From Lysobacterales bacterium (GTDB lineage Bacteria > Pseudomonadota > Gammaproteobacteria > Xanthomonadales > SZUA-5): 64,000 nucleotides of DNA. The stretch's first letter is position 1. Every line of letters begins with the position of its first letter. Location: the NCBI GenBank assembly GCA_022844165.1, contig JALHMH010000015.1:40529-104528 (forward strand), read 5' to 3'. Under the pieces are notes generated by a model. It saw only the letters and a list, made by a program, of their open reading frames with translations, was not told the DNA's origin and ran no database searches. Both the position numbers and the translations under genes were made by a program. Shown here piece after piece: positions 29,096 to 40,105 of the stretch.

Positions 29096-30216
29096 ACATC
29101 GAACAACTCGCCGCTCCCGGCGTGCGAAAACTGACGGCCTACGACCCCGGTTACGATCCGGAGACCATTCGACAGATGCTCGGCTTGCCGTGCATGGTGG
29201 AACTGGGTTCCAACGAGAACGGCTATGGGCCGAGCCCCAGTGTTCGCGAGGCGCTCAAGTCCTGCGATTTTGCCGATTTGATTCGCTACCCAGACGCTGG
29301 CGCGCGGCGCTTGCGCGAGGCGATTGCGCAACGTTGGAACGTCGATCCCGCTGCCATCACTTTGGGCAACGGTTCGCACGAACTGCTGGTGCTGATCGCC
29401 GAGACCTTTGTCGCCCCGGGTGATGAGGTCGTGTTCAGTCAACATGGTTTCGCCGTGTTCAAGCTTGCCGCGATCGGTAGTGGCGGCACTCCTGTGGAAG
29501 TCGCGGCGCTGCCGCGCAGCGGCGAGCAGCCACTCGGTGCGGATCCGGCCGGTTTTGCGCGCGCGTTGAGTCCGAATACCAAACTCGTCTATCTGGCGAA
29601 TCCCAACAACCCGACAGGCACCTGGTGGCGGCGCGAAGTGTTGGCGGATTTTCTCGCGCGTGTGCCGCACTCTGCGTTGGTTGTGATTGATGAGGCGTAT
29701 CGCGAATATGTCGACGAGGATGAGGTGCCCGATGCACTCAGTTTGACCGGCCTGCATCCGCATCTGATTGTCACGCGCACGTTCTCCAAAGCGCATGGTC
29801 TGGCGTCGTTGCGCATTGGCTATGCGATCAGTTCGCCGCGTCTGGCGGCGGTGCTCGAGCGCACGCGACTGACGTTCAACGTCAATTTGTACGCGCAGCT
29901 TGCCGCCCGATTTGCCATGAACGATGTAGCCCATGTCGAGCGCGTGCGCCATGGAAACGCTACTGAGCGGAACTGGCTTGCCCAGCAGCTGCGTGCGCTT
30001 GGGCTGTTTGTATTTCCCTCGCAAGGAAACTTTGTGTTGGTCGATTTCCAGCGCCCAGCCAAACCGATTGAAGACGCGATGCTGAAACGCGGCGTCATCC
30101 TGCGGCCGATGGGTGGTTACGGTCTGCCGACCTGTTTGCGCGTAACCGTGGGTCTGCGCGACGAGAGTCAGGCGCTGCTGTTGGCGTTGCGCGAAGTGCT
30201 GGCGGAGTGGGCATGA
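29092..30216 (+). CDS. hisC: Histidinol-phosphate / aromatic aminotransferase
   Basis: LGSNEN, GNGS, ANPNNPTG, DEAY, RTFSKAHGLA.LRIG. Confidence 0.95.
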   Translation: MNIEQLAAPGVRKLTAYDPGYDPETIRQMLGLPCMVELGSNENGYGPSPSVREALKSCDFADLIRYPDAGARRLREAIAQRWNVDPAAITLGNGSHELLVLIAETFVAPGDEVVFSQHGFAVFKLAAIGSGGTPVEVAALPRSGEQPLGADPAGFARALSPNTKLVYLANPNNPTGTWWRREVLADFLARVPHSALVVIDEAYREYVDEDEVPDALSLTGLHPHLIVTRTFSKAHGLASLRIGYAISSPRLAAVLERTRLTFNVNLYAQLAARFAMNDVAHVERVRHGNATERNWLAQQLRALGLFVFPSQGNFVLVDFQRPAKPIEDAMLKRGVILRPMGGYGLPTCLRVTVGLRDESQALLLALREVLAEWA

Positions 30217-31541
30217 GTGGCTCCGCATTGATCTATAGCCTTTCGCCCAGCGACTGCGCCAGTGGTCGAATCGCAGTTCCGGGCGACAAGTCGATTTCGC
30301 ATCGCGCTGTGATGTTGGGCGGAATTGCGGGCGGCGTTACGCGCGTCAGTGGTTTCCTGCCCGGCGAAGACACGTTGGCCACCGCGCAAATCCTGCGCGA
30401 GCTTGGCGTTCGCATCGAACGTCTCGATACCACGACGCTGGAGATTCACGGTGTGGGATTGCGCGGACTTCGTGGCGCCAGCAAATCGCTCGATTGCGGC
30501 AACGCGGGAACGGCGATGCGCTTGCTCACAGGATTGCTGGCCGGCCAGGCGTTCGCCAGCACGCTCATCGGCGATGCGTCCTTGAGCAAGCGGCCGATGC
30601 GCCGCGTGATGGATCCGCTGCGCGCGATGGGCGCCGACATCCGCGGCAGCGAACAGGGGACCGCACCATTGGCGATTGCGCCGGTGCCGGCGTTGAATGC
30701 CATTCACTACACGTGCCCGGTCGCTAGCGCGCAGATCAAGTCGTGCGTGCTGCTCGCGGGGCTGTATGCGCAAGGCGCGACGACGGTGGTGGAACCCACT
30801 GCGACGCGCGATTACACCGAGAGCATGCTGCGCGCGTTGGGTGCCGATCTTGCTGTGGATGGACTGGCGGTGACGATTCGACCTGGAAACGAACTCAACG
30901 CGGTTCCGGTAAGCGTGCCGGGCGATTTCTCGTCCGCGGCCTTCTTCCTGGTCGCCGGATTGCTCTCGCGCAGCGGTGAGCTGGTGATCGAGAACGTCGG
31001 CTTGAATCCGCGTCGCACCGGATTGCTGCTGACGCTCAAAGACATGGGCGGCAATATCGAGATTCTCGACGAGCGCTTGCAAGCTGGCGAGCGCGTCGGC
31101 GACTTGCGCGTGCGCCCGAGTGCGCTGCGCGCTACCGACGTACCGATGGAACGCGTGCCCGACATGATCGATGAGTTCCCGGCGTTCTGTATCGCCGCCG
31201 CTGCCGCCAGCGGCACCAGCACCGTGCGCGGCGCGCATGAGCTGCGCGTCAAGGAAAGCGATCGCATCGGCGCGATGGCTGTCGGCTTGCGGACGCTGGG
31301 CATCGAGGTCGAGGAGTTCGACGATGGTATGGCGATCACTGGCGGCTCGATGGGCGGCGGCGAGATCGACAGCCGTGGCGATCACCGCATCGCCATGAGC
31401 TTCGCAATTGCGTCGCTCCGAGCCACCGGTAACATCAAGATTCTGGATTGCGCGAATGTGGCGACGAGCTTTCCTGGATTTGCCGGTTTGGTTTCCAGCA
31501 TTGGGATCGACCTTAAAGAACGTGGCGGTTTAGTTCGGTAG
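30213..31541 (+). CDS. aroA: 3-phosphoshikimate 1-carboxyvinyltransferase (EPSP synthase)
   Basis: PGDKSISHR, GNAGT..R, SAQIKS, RVKESDR, DHRIAM. Confidence 0.97.
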   Translation: MSGSALIYSLSPSDCASGRIAVPGDKSISHRAVMLGGIAGGVTRVSGFLPGEDTLATAQILRELGVRIERLDTTTLEIHGVGLRGLRGASKSLDCGNAGTAMRLLTGLLAGQAFASTLIGDASLSKRPMRRVMDPLRAMGADIRGSEQGTAPLAIAPVPALNAIHYTCPVASAQIKSCVLLAGLYAQGATTVVEPTATRDYTESMLRALGADLAVDGLAVTIRPGNELNAVPVSVPGDFSSAAFFLVAGLLSRSGELVIENVGLNPRRTGLLLTLKDMGGNIEILDERLQAGERVGDLRVRPSALRATDVPMERVPDMIDEFPAFCIAAAAASGTSTVRGAHELRVKESDRIGAMAVGLRTLGIEVEEFDDGMAITGGSMGGGEIDSRGDHRIAMSFAIASLRATGNIKILDCANVATSFPGFAGLVSSIGIDLKERGGLVR

Positions 31542-32055
31542 CCAGGGGAGCTGGCCCAAGTCGTCTATTGAGTTTTCGCTATCCAGGCTGTCGGTGAACT
31601 GTTGGTAGAGAGCGTAAAGCTGCGATGCGCCCACCGGGGTTCCGCATGCTTCACGGGGTTCAATGTCCAGCGGATCGCTATCCTGAAATGCACGCCGAAG
31701 GTTATGTGCAGCACCCGCCATGGTAAGTGCGCGCGCGATCTTTAATTGGTCGGCTGCCGACTCCGGCAAGATTTGGCGCCAAAACCATACGGATTGGCAT
31801 CAAGCGTTGTGCGGTCGTTCCCGAATACTGTTACACCGGTTGTTTCGAAGTGATATGTCTCCGGTAGCTCTAAGGCGATGGCGATGCGAGCGGCAATCGC
31901 AAAGTTTGGAGCGCAGGCGAGGGAGGTGAGCCAGAATTACACTTGGTTTCACGTTGAGCCTCGAAGCGGCGTGAGCGACTCTCGGACGATAGCGCTGTTC
32001 AAACATTCGGTAAAAGACAATTAGACTGGACGCTGGTCCGCCTACGCCCGACTCT

Positions 32056-32727
32056 ATGTCCATCGCCCCCATCATCTGCATCGACGGACCCTCCGGCTCC
32101 GGCAAAGGCACCATCAGCCGCGCGGTGGCTCGCGCGCTCGGCTGGCATTTCCTCGACTCGGGCGCGCTTTACCGGGCGGTCGGCGTGGCGGCGCTGAGTG
32201 GCGGCTATCCACTGGACGATGAGCCCAGCCTGGCCAAACTCGCGTTGCACGCCGATATCGAGTTCGAAGACCGCATCGATCGCGAGCCGCACGTTTGGTT
32301 GGGCGACGATGATATTTCGGAGATGATTCGCACCGAGGAAGCCGGGCAGGCGGCCAGCAAGGTGGCTGCTTTGCCGGCTGTCAGGGCAGCTTTGCTGCAA
32401 AAGCAACGCAATTTTGCGCAGCCGCCGGGTCTGGTTGCCGATGGGCGTGATATGGGCACCGTGGTCTTTCCGCACGCCGAACTTAAAGTATTTCTGACCG
32501 CAAGCGCCGAAGAACGTGCCCGGCGTCGCCATAAACAGTTGAGCGAAAAGGGAATCGAGGCTATTCTGCCCGCCCTTTTGCGCGAGATCGAAGAGCGCGA
32601 CCTGCGTGATCGCACGCGAGCCGTCGCCCCGCTCGTTCCTGCCAACGATGCACGGATAATCGATTCGACGTCGCAGTCGATCGATGTCGTCGTCGCCACT
32701 GTGCTCGACTGGGCTCACGCGCTGTAG
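32056..32727 (+). CDS. cmk: Cytidylate kinase
   Basis: [29 protein letters not shown]. Confidence 0.97.
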   Translation: MSIAPIICIDGPSGSGKGTISRAVARALGWHFLDSGALYRAVGVAALSGGYPLDDEPSLAKLALHADIEFEDRIDREPHVWLGDDDISEMIRTEEAGQAASKVAALPAVRAALLQKQRNFAQPPGLVADGRDMGTVVFPHAELKVFLTASAEERARRRHKQLSEKGIEAILPALLREIEERDLRDRTRAVAPLVPANDARIIDSTSQSIDVVVATVLDWAHAL

Positions 32728-32861
32728 CGCTCGCCGGGTCTTTCGCCAAAGGGAACGGCCCGCAGGAATCGTCTTGCGGATATCAACTCAAAACCCACGC
32801 GGAGCAATCCGCAAAAGGTGGATCGCCGCGAACGCGGTGCATCCGAACTCTTGGACTCAAC

Positions 32862-34526
32862 ATGACTGAAAGTTTTGCCGAACTGTTTGAACAGAGCGAG
32901 CGATTGAGCAAGCTCAAGCCGGGCGCCATCGTGACCGGTACCGTTGTCGAGATCCGCACAGACGTGGTGATCATCAACGCCGGTTTGAAATCCGAAGGCG
33001 TCGTGCCCATCGAGCAATTCCGCAATGAAGCGGGTGAGATCGATGTTGGCGTCGGCGATGAAGTGAAAGTAGCTCTCGATTCGCTTGAAAACGGTTTCGG
33101 CGAAACCGTGCTGTCCCGCGAAAAAGCCAAGCGCGCGATGGTGTGGGACGAACTCGAAGATGCCCAGTCAAAGGATCAAACGATCGTCGGCCGCATCAGT
33201 GGCAAGGTCAAAGGCGGCTTCACGGTCGACATCAAGGACATCCGCGCGTTCTTGCCGGGTTCCCTGGTCGATGTGCGCCCGGTCCGCGACCCGGTGTATC
33301 TGGAAGGCAAGGATCTCGAGTTCAAGATCATCAAGCTCGATCGCAAACGCAACAACGTCGTGGTCTCGCGTCGCGCCGTGGTCGAGAGCGAGTTCAGCGT
33401 CGAGCGCGAACAGCTGATGGAGAAGCTCAAGGAAGGCGCGGTGCTGAAGGGTGTGGTCAAGAACCTCACCGATTACGGCGCGTTCGTCGACCTGGGCGGC
33501 ATCGATGGCTTGCTGCACATTACCGATATGGCGTGGAAGCGCGTGCGTCATCCCTCTGAAGTGGTCAACGTTGGCGACGAAATCGATGTGCGCGTGCTGC
33601 GCTTCGATCGCGAACGCAATCGCGTCTCGCTGGGTCTTAAGCAATTGGGTGATGATCCGTGGGTCAATATTTCCCGCCGTTATCCGCAGAGCACGCGTCT
33701 GTTCGGCAAAGTCTCCAACGTCACCGAATACGGTGCATTTGTCGAACTTGAGCCGGGCGTCGAAGGGCTGGTTCACGTTTCGGAAATGGATTGGACCAAC
33801 AAGAACGTCAACCCGGCCAAGATTGTTTCTATCGGCGACGAAACCGAAGTGATGGTGCTCGATATCGATGAAGAGCGTCGCCGTATTTCGCTCGGCATGA
33901 AGCAGTGCACAAGCAATCCGTGGGAGGCGTTCGCAGGCAACTTCAAGAAGAACGATCGCGTCATCGGCACGATCAAATCGATCACGGATTTCGGCATTTT
34001 CGTTGGCTTGGAAGGCGGTATCGACGGTCTTGTTCACTTGTCGGATATTTCCTGGCAAGGCACCGGCGAGGATCTCGTCCGTAACTTCAAGAAGGGCGAA
34101 GAAATCAGTGCGGTCGTGCTGGCCGTCGATCCGGAGCGTGAGCGCATCTCGCTGGGGATCAAGCAGATGGAGCAAGATCCGTTCGGCAGCTTCATGGCCG
34201 CCAATCCGAAGGGCAGCATCGTCCATGGTGTGGTTCGCGAAGTCGATGCGCGCGGCGTGACGGTCGATCTGGCGGATGGCATTGAGGGCTATCTGCGTGC
34301 TGCGGATATCGCCAAGGAACGTGTCGACGATGCCACCGTGCATTTCCGTGCAGGCGACAAGATCGAAGCTAAGTTCACGGGTCTCGATCGCCGCGGTCGC
34401 ATCCTGCAATTGTCGATTCGCGCCAAGGAAGACGATGAGTTGGCCGAAGCGCTTGAGGAATACCAGAGCACAGCGGCGGGCGTGACGAAGCTTGGCTCGC
34501 TCTTCAAAGAGCAATTGAATCGTTGA
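32862..34526 (+). CDS. rpsA: 30S ribosomal protein S1
   Basis: [10 protein letters not shown] start; repeated S1 domains. Confidence 0.99.
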   Translation: MTESFAELFEQSERLSKLKPGAIVTGTVVEIRTDVVIINAGLKSEGVVPIEQFRNEAGEIDVGVGDEVKVALDSLENGFGETVLSREKAKRAMVWDELEDAQSKDQTIVGRISGKVKGGFTVDIKDIRAFLPGSLVDVRPVRDPVYLEGKDLEFKIIKLDRKRNNVVVSRRAVVESEFSVEREQLMEKLKEGAVLKGVVKNLTDYGAFVDLGGIDGLLHITDMAWKRVRHPSEVVNVGDEIDVRVLRFDRERNRVSLGLKQLGDDPWVNISRRYPQSTRLFGKVSNVTEYGAFVELEPGVEGLVHVSEMDWTNKNVNPAKIVSIGDETEVMVLDIDEERRRISLGMKQCTSNPWEAFAGNFKKNDRVIGTIKSITDFGIFVGLEGGIDGLVHLSDISWQGTGEDLVRNFKKGEEISAVVLAVDPERERISLGIKQMEQDPFGSFMAANPKGSIVHGVVREVDARGVTVDLADGIEGYLRAADIAKERVDDATVHFRAGDKIEAKFTGLDRRGRILQLSIRAKEDDELAEALEEYQSTAAGVTKLGSLFKEQLNR

Positions 34527-34539
34527 GGTTGCTCTGGTG

Positions 34540-34570
34540 TGCAACACCCCGGTATGTTCGGGGTGTTGCA
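34540..34570 (+). terminator. Stem-loop after rpsA
   Basis: TGCAACACCCCG-7nt-CGGGGTGTTGCA perfect 12 bp stem. Confidence 0.6.
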
Positions 34571-34613
34571 CCACGCTAAGCTTGCGAAGTCTGCACCTGC
34601 ACTGGAGTTCGAC

Positions 34614-34922
34614 GTGACCAAGTCGGAATTGATTCTTGCGTTATCTTCCCGGCAGGCGCATCTGGCCCAACCAGATGTGGAACTCGCTGTGAAATCCGTC
34701 ATCGATCAAATGGCGGATGCTCTCGCGGGCGGGGAGCGCATAGAGGTTCGGGGTTTTGGTAGTTTTTCGCTACATTTTCGGCCACCGCGCATGGGTCGAA
34801 ACCCGAAGACCGGGGACGTTGTCGCGCTCGACGGCAAGTATGTGCCGCACTTTAAGCCTGGAAAAGAACTCCGCGAGAGAGTGAACGCGAGCGCCAAATC
34901 GGGCGTGCCGATCATCGGATGA
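34614..34922 (+). CDS. ihfB: Integration host factor beta
   Basis: [36 protein letters not shown]; follows rpsA. Confidence 0.97.
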   Translation: MTKSELILALSSRQAHLAQPDVELAVKSVIDQMADALAGGERIEVRGFGSFSLHFRPPRMGRNPKTGDVVALDGKYVPHFKPGKELRERVNASAKSGVPIIG

Positions 34923-35170
34923 TGTGGCGCATCGTTTCCAAGATTGTGGTTTTGTCCGCGCTGCTGATTGTGTTGGTGTTTGCCGCCTTGAACTCGACGA
35001 TGGTCGAAATCAATGTGCTCGCTCAAGCCGTCTCCGTGCCGTTGGGTGTTGGATTGGTGGCTTTCTTCGCCATGGGCAGCCTGGCCGGAGCACTCGGCCT
35101 TTATCTTGCGGTCGTATTGCGTCTTAAGCGAGATCTGAAACGGGCGCAGAAGGCGAGGGGTCCGGTGTGA
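34919..35170 (+). CDS. lapA: LapA family LPS assembly protein
   Basis: Small two-TM protein (FAALN...V) between ihfB and lapB. Confidence 0.8.
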   Translation: MMWRIVSKIVVLSALLIVLVFAALNSTMVEINVLAQAVSVPLGVGLVAFFAMGSLAGALGLYLAVVLRLKRDLKRAQKARGPV

Positions 35171-35225
35171 GTTCGCCCGTACGTTTGCGGCTCCTGGAGC
35201 AACCATTTGCTCGCGACCTCATGAA

Positions 35226-36395
35226 ATGCCCGGGCTAGAACTCTTCTGGTTGTTGCTCCCACTCGCGGCCTATTCCGGGTATTTGACGGGTCGGCGAGGT
35301 AGCGAGCGAAGCAGCGGTGCACGGTTCTCCGAGCTCTCGCAAACCTATTTCAGTGGTCTTAACTACCTGTTGAACGAGCAGCCAGACAAGGCGCTCGAAG
35401 TCTTCTTGAAGATCGCGGAGATGGACAGCGATACCTTCGAGACACAATTGGCACTGGGCAACTTGTTTCGCCGTCGTGGCGAAACAGACCGAGCGATTCG
35501 CCTTCATCAAGACCTGTACAGTCGTCCGAAATTGTCTTCGGAGCAGCGCTCGATCGCTCTCCAGGAGCTGGGGGAAGATTACATGCGAGCGGGTCTGTTA
35601 GATCGCGCAGAAGCGCTCTACACCGATCTGCTGAACGTCGGCTCGCAGGAACCCGCAGCGTTAAAGCATCTGATCGCAATCTATCAACAAGAACGCGATT
35701 GGACGCGCGCTATTGAGATGGCGGTACGCCTCGATCAGCTCAAAGGCGGCGGTGCTCCACTGATTGCCCAGTTCTACTGCGAGCTGGCTGAGCAGGCCCG
35801 CACCCAGGGTGCATTCGACGAAGCCCGGAGTACTGCACAGCGCGCGCTCCGTACTGATTCCAAGTGTGTGCGCGCGAGAATTTTGCTGGGTCGCATTGAG
35901 CGCAATCTCGATAGGATGGACCTTGCCATCGAACATTTCGAGGCCGCCGTCGAGGTTGATCCGGATTTTCTTCCGGAGGTGCTGCCGGAACTTCTGGACG
36001 CTTATGAGGCCCAAAGCGCTTGCCACCAGGCGCGGGATTTTCTCGACCGCATGCTGGTTCGCGATCGCGGCGTCAGTGCCATGCTGGCGCGCAGTGAGAT
36101 GATCGAACGGACTCAATCGCGTAGTGATGCGATTACGTTCCTGGCAGATCGGTTGCACCAGCGCCCCAGCGTTCGCGGTGTGCTGAAGGTGATCGATTTG
36201 TCGTTCGCCGGCGAACTCGGTCAGCGCGCCGAAGCTGTGGGCCTTGTGCGCGAATTGTTGCACCGTTTGCTCGACCGCAAGCCTGGCTATCGTTGCAGCC
36301 GATGCGGGTTCTCGCCGCGGGCGTTGCACTGGCAATGCCCGAGTTGCAAGAGCTGGGGCAGCATCAAACCTGTGCCGGGTGTGGCGGGCGAGTAG
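35226..36395 (+). CDS. lapB: LPS assembly protein LapB
   Basis: N-terminal TM, YFSGLNYLLNEQPDKA, TPRs, C-terminal rubredoxin CxxC...WQCPSC. Confidence 0.97.
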   Translation: MPGLELFWLLLPLAAYSGYLTGRRGSERSSGARFSELSQTYFSGLNYLLNEQPDKALEVFLKIAEMDSDTFETQLALGNLFRRRGETDRAIRLHQDLYSRPKLSSEQRSIALQELGEDYMRAGLLDRAEALYTDLLNVGSQEPAALKHLIAIYQQERDWTRAIEMAVRLDQLKGGGAPLIAQFYCELAEQARTQGAFDEARSTAQRALRTDSKCVRARILLGRIERNLDRMDLAIEHFEAAVEVDPDFLPEVLPELLDAYEAQSACHQARDFLDRMLVRDRGVSAMLARSEMIERTQSRSDAITFLADRLHQRPSVRGVLKVIDLSFAGELGQRAEAVGLVRELLHRLLDRKPGYRCSRCGFSPRALHWQCPSCKSWGSIKPVPGVAGE

Positions 36396-36415
36396 CCTCT
36401 GCTGAGTGGAATCGG

Positions 36416-37420
36416 ATGGCGCCCATATTGACCTTCGCACTGTGCGCTGTCGCAAGTGCAATCCTGACACGGCTCGCAATCGCCTACGCGCATCTGTCTT
36501 CGATGCACGATCATCCAGGTGCGCGGCGCATGCATACGGCGCCGATTGCCCGCGGAGCGGGGATCGGTTTTGTTGCGACCATCGTTGCGCTGCTTGGCGG
36601 GTTTGCTGCGGTGCTCGGGAACTCGCCGCATGGTCGCTGGACCTTGTCTTTGTGTGTGGCGTTGGCGCTCGTTGCGACAGTGAGCTGGATCGACGACAAA
36701 CGCGGTCTGCCAGCGCTGCCGCGACTTCTCGCGCACTTCGTCGCTGCAACGCTGATCGTTGTCAATTCGGCGTTGCCTGTTTTCCTTTGGCCGTTGACGA
36801 TTCTCGTCATCGTTGCGACGGTCAACTTCTGGAATTTCATAGACGGCATCAACGGCATGGCGGCATTGCAATTCGTGCTGCTGTCGCTGGTTGTCGCGGC
36901 GCTTCTATTTGGACAGAGCAGTTATCTGGCGGCGCTCTTTGCTGCCGGATTCGCTGGTGCCGTTGCTGGCTTTCTGCCGAGTAATTTCCCCAGAGCGAGG
37001 GCCTTCATGGGGGATGTTGGCAGCACATGCCTGGGCTTGCTGGCGCTGGCGCCGGCGTTGTTGCCGCCGGGCGAGGGCATTCACCCTGCATCCGTTCTGG
37101 CGCTCGCATCGGCGGTACTTGTTGATCCCGGTCTGACGCTGCTCTGGAGAATCAGGCGGCGACGAAGACGCTTTTGGTACACTGCTCACCGCGAACATTT
37201 GTATCAGTGGATGACACGCGCCGGCATGAGCCATACACAAACGACTTTGTCATATGGTGCCTGGACGCTGGGGCCAGCGGCCTTGGCTGCGTGGCAAATC
37301 CAGACGGCGCCTGATCAAGCTTGGCAATGGTTGTGCGGATTGTATTTGTTTGGGGCGGCGGTCTGGATGGCGCTGCGGCCGCGGATGCTGAGTCAATTTC
37401 GAATGCGGAGAATCGGATGA
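36416..37420 (+). CDS. MraY/WecA-family polyprenyl-phosphate sugar-1-phosphate transferase (WbpL-like)
   Basis: WIDD, NFWNFIDGING, FMGDVGS, AHREHLYQ. Confidence 0.9.
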   Translation: MAPILTFALCAVASAILTRLAIAYAHLSSMHDHPGARRMHTAPIARGAGIGFVATIVALLGGFAAVLGNSPHGRWTLSLCVALALVATVSWIDDKRGLPALPRLLAHFVAATLIVVNSALPVFLWPLTILVIVATVNFWNFIDGINGMAALQFVLLSLVVAALLFGQSSYLAALFAAGFAGAVAGFLPSNFPRARAFMGDVGSTCLGLLALAPALLPPGEGIHPASVLALASAVLVDPGLTLLWRIRRRRRRFWYTAHREHLYQWMTRAGMSHTQTTLSYGAWTLGPAALAAWQIQTAPDQAWQWLCGLYLFGAAVWMALRPRMLSQFRMRRIG

Positions 37421-39309
37421 GTCGTGCCGTGCGGGCATTCGTGGCATTGATTCATCCGCGAGCCGCGGTTGTGCTCCACGATTTGGCGATGATTTTCCTC
37501 GCCTGGTGGATCGCCAAGTCGGTCCGCCTGAGCTTTGAGCCGGATACGCAGCTGACCGCTATTGCGTTTAACGAAGTGCTGATGGTGCTCGCAATTCAGG
37601 GCGGGATTTTCTGGACGACCGGTTTGTACAAGGGGCTTTGGCGCTTTGCGAGCCTGCCGGATCTGTGGAATATCGTACGCGGTGCAATGCTGGGCGCGTT
37701 GTCCATTGCTTTGGCACTATTTCTCTATGACCGGCTCGCCAACGTACCGCGCAGCGTCCTCATCATCTACCCTGCGCTGCTGACCGCGCTTCTGGGCATC
37801 CCGCGGCTGACCTATCGATTTTGGAAGGATTCGCGCCTCGACTTCTACGAACGCACCACGCGCCATCGTGTGCTCGTTCTGGGCGCCGAGCGCGCCGGTG
37901 AGATGTTGGTTAGAGATTTGCGCGCTGGAGGCCACTATTTGCCGGTCGGCTTTCTGGACGACAATCGAATGTTGCGAGGTGCGCGTGTGCACGGAATTCC
38001 CGTGCTCGGCACGATTCATGAATTGAGCGATATTGCCCGCGAGGCTGCCTGCGACATGTTGCTCATCGCCATGCCAAACGCAACAAGTGCGGAAATGCGC
38101 CGTGTGGTCGAACTCTGTGAGGAGACCGGTTTACCGTTTCGCACAGTGCCGAGATTGCAAGATGTTGTCGCTGGTCGTTCGGCGTTCAACGAGCTCAAAG
38201 AGGTTGCCATCGAGGACTTGTTAGGTCGAGAGCCGGTACAACTCGATTGGACCGCCATTCGCCAGGCACTGTCGGGCAAACGGGTTTTGGTGAGCGGCGG
38301 CGGTGGTTCGGTTGGCGCCGAATTGTGCCGGCAAATCGCTCGCCTGGGCGCATCGGCGCTTGGGATATTGGAGCAGAGTGAGTACAACCTATATCAAATC
38401 GAACGCCAGCTTCGGCGCGAATTTCCTGATTTGGAGCTGTTTCCGGCACTCGGAGACGTGTGCGACCCCGCAACTTGCCGCTATGTGCTTGAGCAGGTCA
38501 AGCCGGAAATCGCTTTTCATGCAGCTGCGTATAAACATGTGCCGCTGCTGCAAGCGCAGGTGCGCGAGGCGTTCCGCAACAACGTGCTCGGTACGCGCAC
38601 GTTGGCATTGGCGGCGGACGAGGCGGGTGTGGAGACCTTCGTCCTGATCTCGTCCGACAAAGCAGTCAATCCTGCTAACGTGATGGGCGCAACCAAGCGC
38701 ATGGCTGAGATCTTTTGCCAGAACCTCGCCAAGCGATCGCGAACGCGGTTTATGACCGTGCGGTTCGGCAACGTACTGGACTCTGCCGGTAGCGTTGTTC
38801 CGTTGTTTCGCGAACAGATTCGGCAAGGCGGTCCGGTCACCGTCACTCATCCGGAGATCACGCGTTACTTCATGACCATTCCCGAGGCTTGTCAGCTGAT
38901 TCTCCAGGCCGCGACGTTAGGGCAGGGCGGGGAGATTTTTGCGCTCGATATGGGCGAGCCTATTCAAATCCGATACCTGGCTGAGCAGATGATCCGGCTT
39001 GCCGGCAAACTGCCTGGTCAGGACATCCAGATCGTCTATACCGGTCTTCGCGAAGGGGAGAAACTCTTCGAAGAGCTGTTCCATGAGCACGAAAGTTACC
39101 AGCAGACGCGACACCAGAAGATCTTCCTGGCACAGCATCGGGCCGTTAACTTCGATGAGCTAAGTCAGGCGCTGTTGCAAGGCGAGGCGGCCTGCAAGCG
39201 TTACGGTAGCGAGGAGTTGCGCGACATTCTTGCCAGATTTGTCCCTGAATTCGCGTCGCGCGGTGTAGCGGAAGATGAAAGCAATGTTGTTGCATTGCGG
39301 CGCGCTTAG
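37417..39309 (+). CDS. Nucleoside-diphosphate sugar 4,6-dehydratase (WbpM/CapD-like)
   Basis: N-terminal TMs, GGGGSVG, HAAAYKHVP, DKAVNP..MGATK, RFGNV. Confidence 0.94.
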   Translation: MSRAVRAFVALIHPRAAVVLHDLAMIFLAWWIAKSVRLSFEPDTQLTAIAFNEVLMVLAIQGGIFWTTGLYKGLWRFASLPDLWNIVRGAMLGALSIALALFLYDRLANVPRSVLIIYPALLTALLGIPRLTYRFWKDSRLDFYERTTRHRVLVLGAERAGEMLVRDLRAGGHYLPVGFLDDNRMLRGARVHGIPVLGTIHELSDIAREAACDMLLIAMPNATSAEMRRVVELCEETGLPFRTVPRLQDVVAGRSAFNELKEVAIEDLLGREPVQLDWTAIRQALSGKRVLVSGGGGSVGAELCRQIARLGASALGILEQSEYNLYQIERQLRREFPDLELFPALGDVCDPATCRYVLEQVKPEIAFHAAAYKHVPLLQAQVREAFRNNVLGTRTLALAADEAGVETFVLISSDKAVNPANVMGATKRMAEIFCQNLAKRSRTRFMTVRFGNVLDSAGSVVPLFREQIRQGGPVTVTHPEITRYFMTIPEACQLILQAATLGQGGEIFALDMGEPIQIRYLAEQMIRLAGKLPGQDIQIVYTGLREGEKLFEELFHEHESYQQTRHQKIFLAQHRAVNFDELSQALLQGEAACKRYGSEELRDILARFVPEFASRGVAEDESNVVALRRA

Positions 39310-39319
39310 CCCGCGGACT

Positions 39320-40105
39320 TCAAGTGTTCAGCCGTGCCTTCTCAGGTTTACGGTAAAGCAATGAACGAAGCAGCCCGTCGTTCTCGAACGGTTTCCATTC
39401 GCCCTCCGGTTGTGCAAGGCGGTCGGCAATCGCCCAGAGCGCAATCGGATTGGCGCCCATACCGAAGTGTGTGGCTGGAATCTCGATATTTTCGCTGTGC
39501 GGTTCGTTCGGTGCGAGACTGACTTGCCAGGAGACGATGCCGTCGGCCTTGCTCAAGATGGACGTATTCGGCATCGGCGGCATGCGTCCTGCGAGCTCGT
39601 GAAGCTCCGGATCATCCGCGCTCCAGCCGCTGACGGCTTCAAACAACCGCCATGCATTGGTTGCTTTTGGGTACGGCTGTATCGGAGAGCCCAGTGTAAT
39701 CACAGTACGCACGATGTCTGGCAATTCGGTTGCAAGCGCGCGTGCCATTGCGCCGCCCAGCGACCACCCGATCAGGCTGACGCGTTGACCATGGTCACGA
39801 TTCAGCTTGACGATCTTGTCGATCAGTTTGGGAACGGTGGCGCCGCGCGGACCAAAATTCAATCCCAGGTCCCACGGTTGTGAGGCATAACCGAGTTGCT
39901 CCAGAAAGCGCCGTAATGGCCATGTGCTTGCGTCGCCAGCGACCAACCCGGGCAGGACAAGCACTGGGTGGCCGTCGCCCGCCGGCGCCCGCTTTAGCCA
40001 TGGCCAGGCGAGCAGCAGTGAAGCCCACTCGAACGTTGCGCGCGCCTCAAGTGCCATCAGCAGCAAGGAGGGTGCCTGCGGTGCGTTGTTGGCCTCGAGT
40101 TTCAA
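39320..40105 (-). CDS. Alpha/beta hydrolase (esterase/lipase)
   Basis: GDGHPVLVLPG, GWSLGG nucleophile elbow, H.GMG. Confidence 0.9.
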   Translation of the reverse strand: MKLEANNAPQAPSLLLMALEARATFEWASLLLAWPWLKRAPAGDGHPVLVLPGLVAGDASTWPLRRFLEQLGYASQPWDLGLNFGPRGATVPKLIDKIVKLNRDHGQRVSLIGWSLGGAMARALATELPDIVRTVITLGSPIQPYPKATNAWRLFEAVSGWSADDPELHELAGRMPPMPNTSILSKADGIVSWQVSLAPNEPHSENIEIPATHFGMGANPIALWAIADRLAQPEGEWKPFENDGLLRSLLYRKPEKARLNT

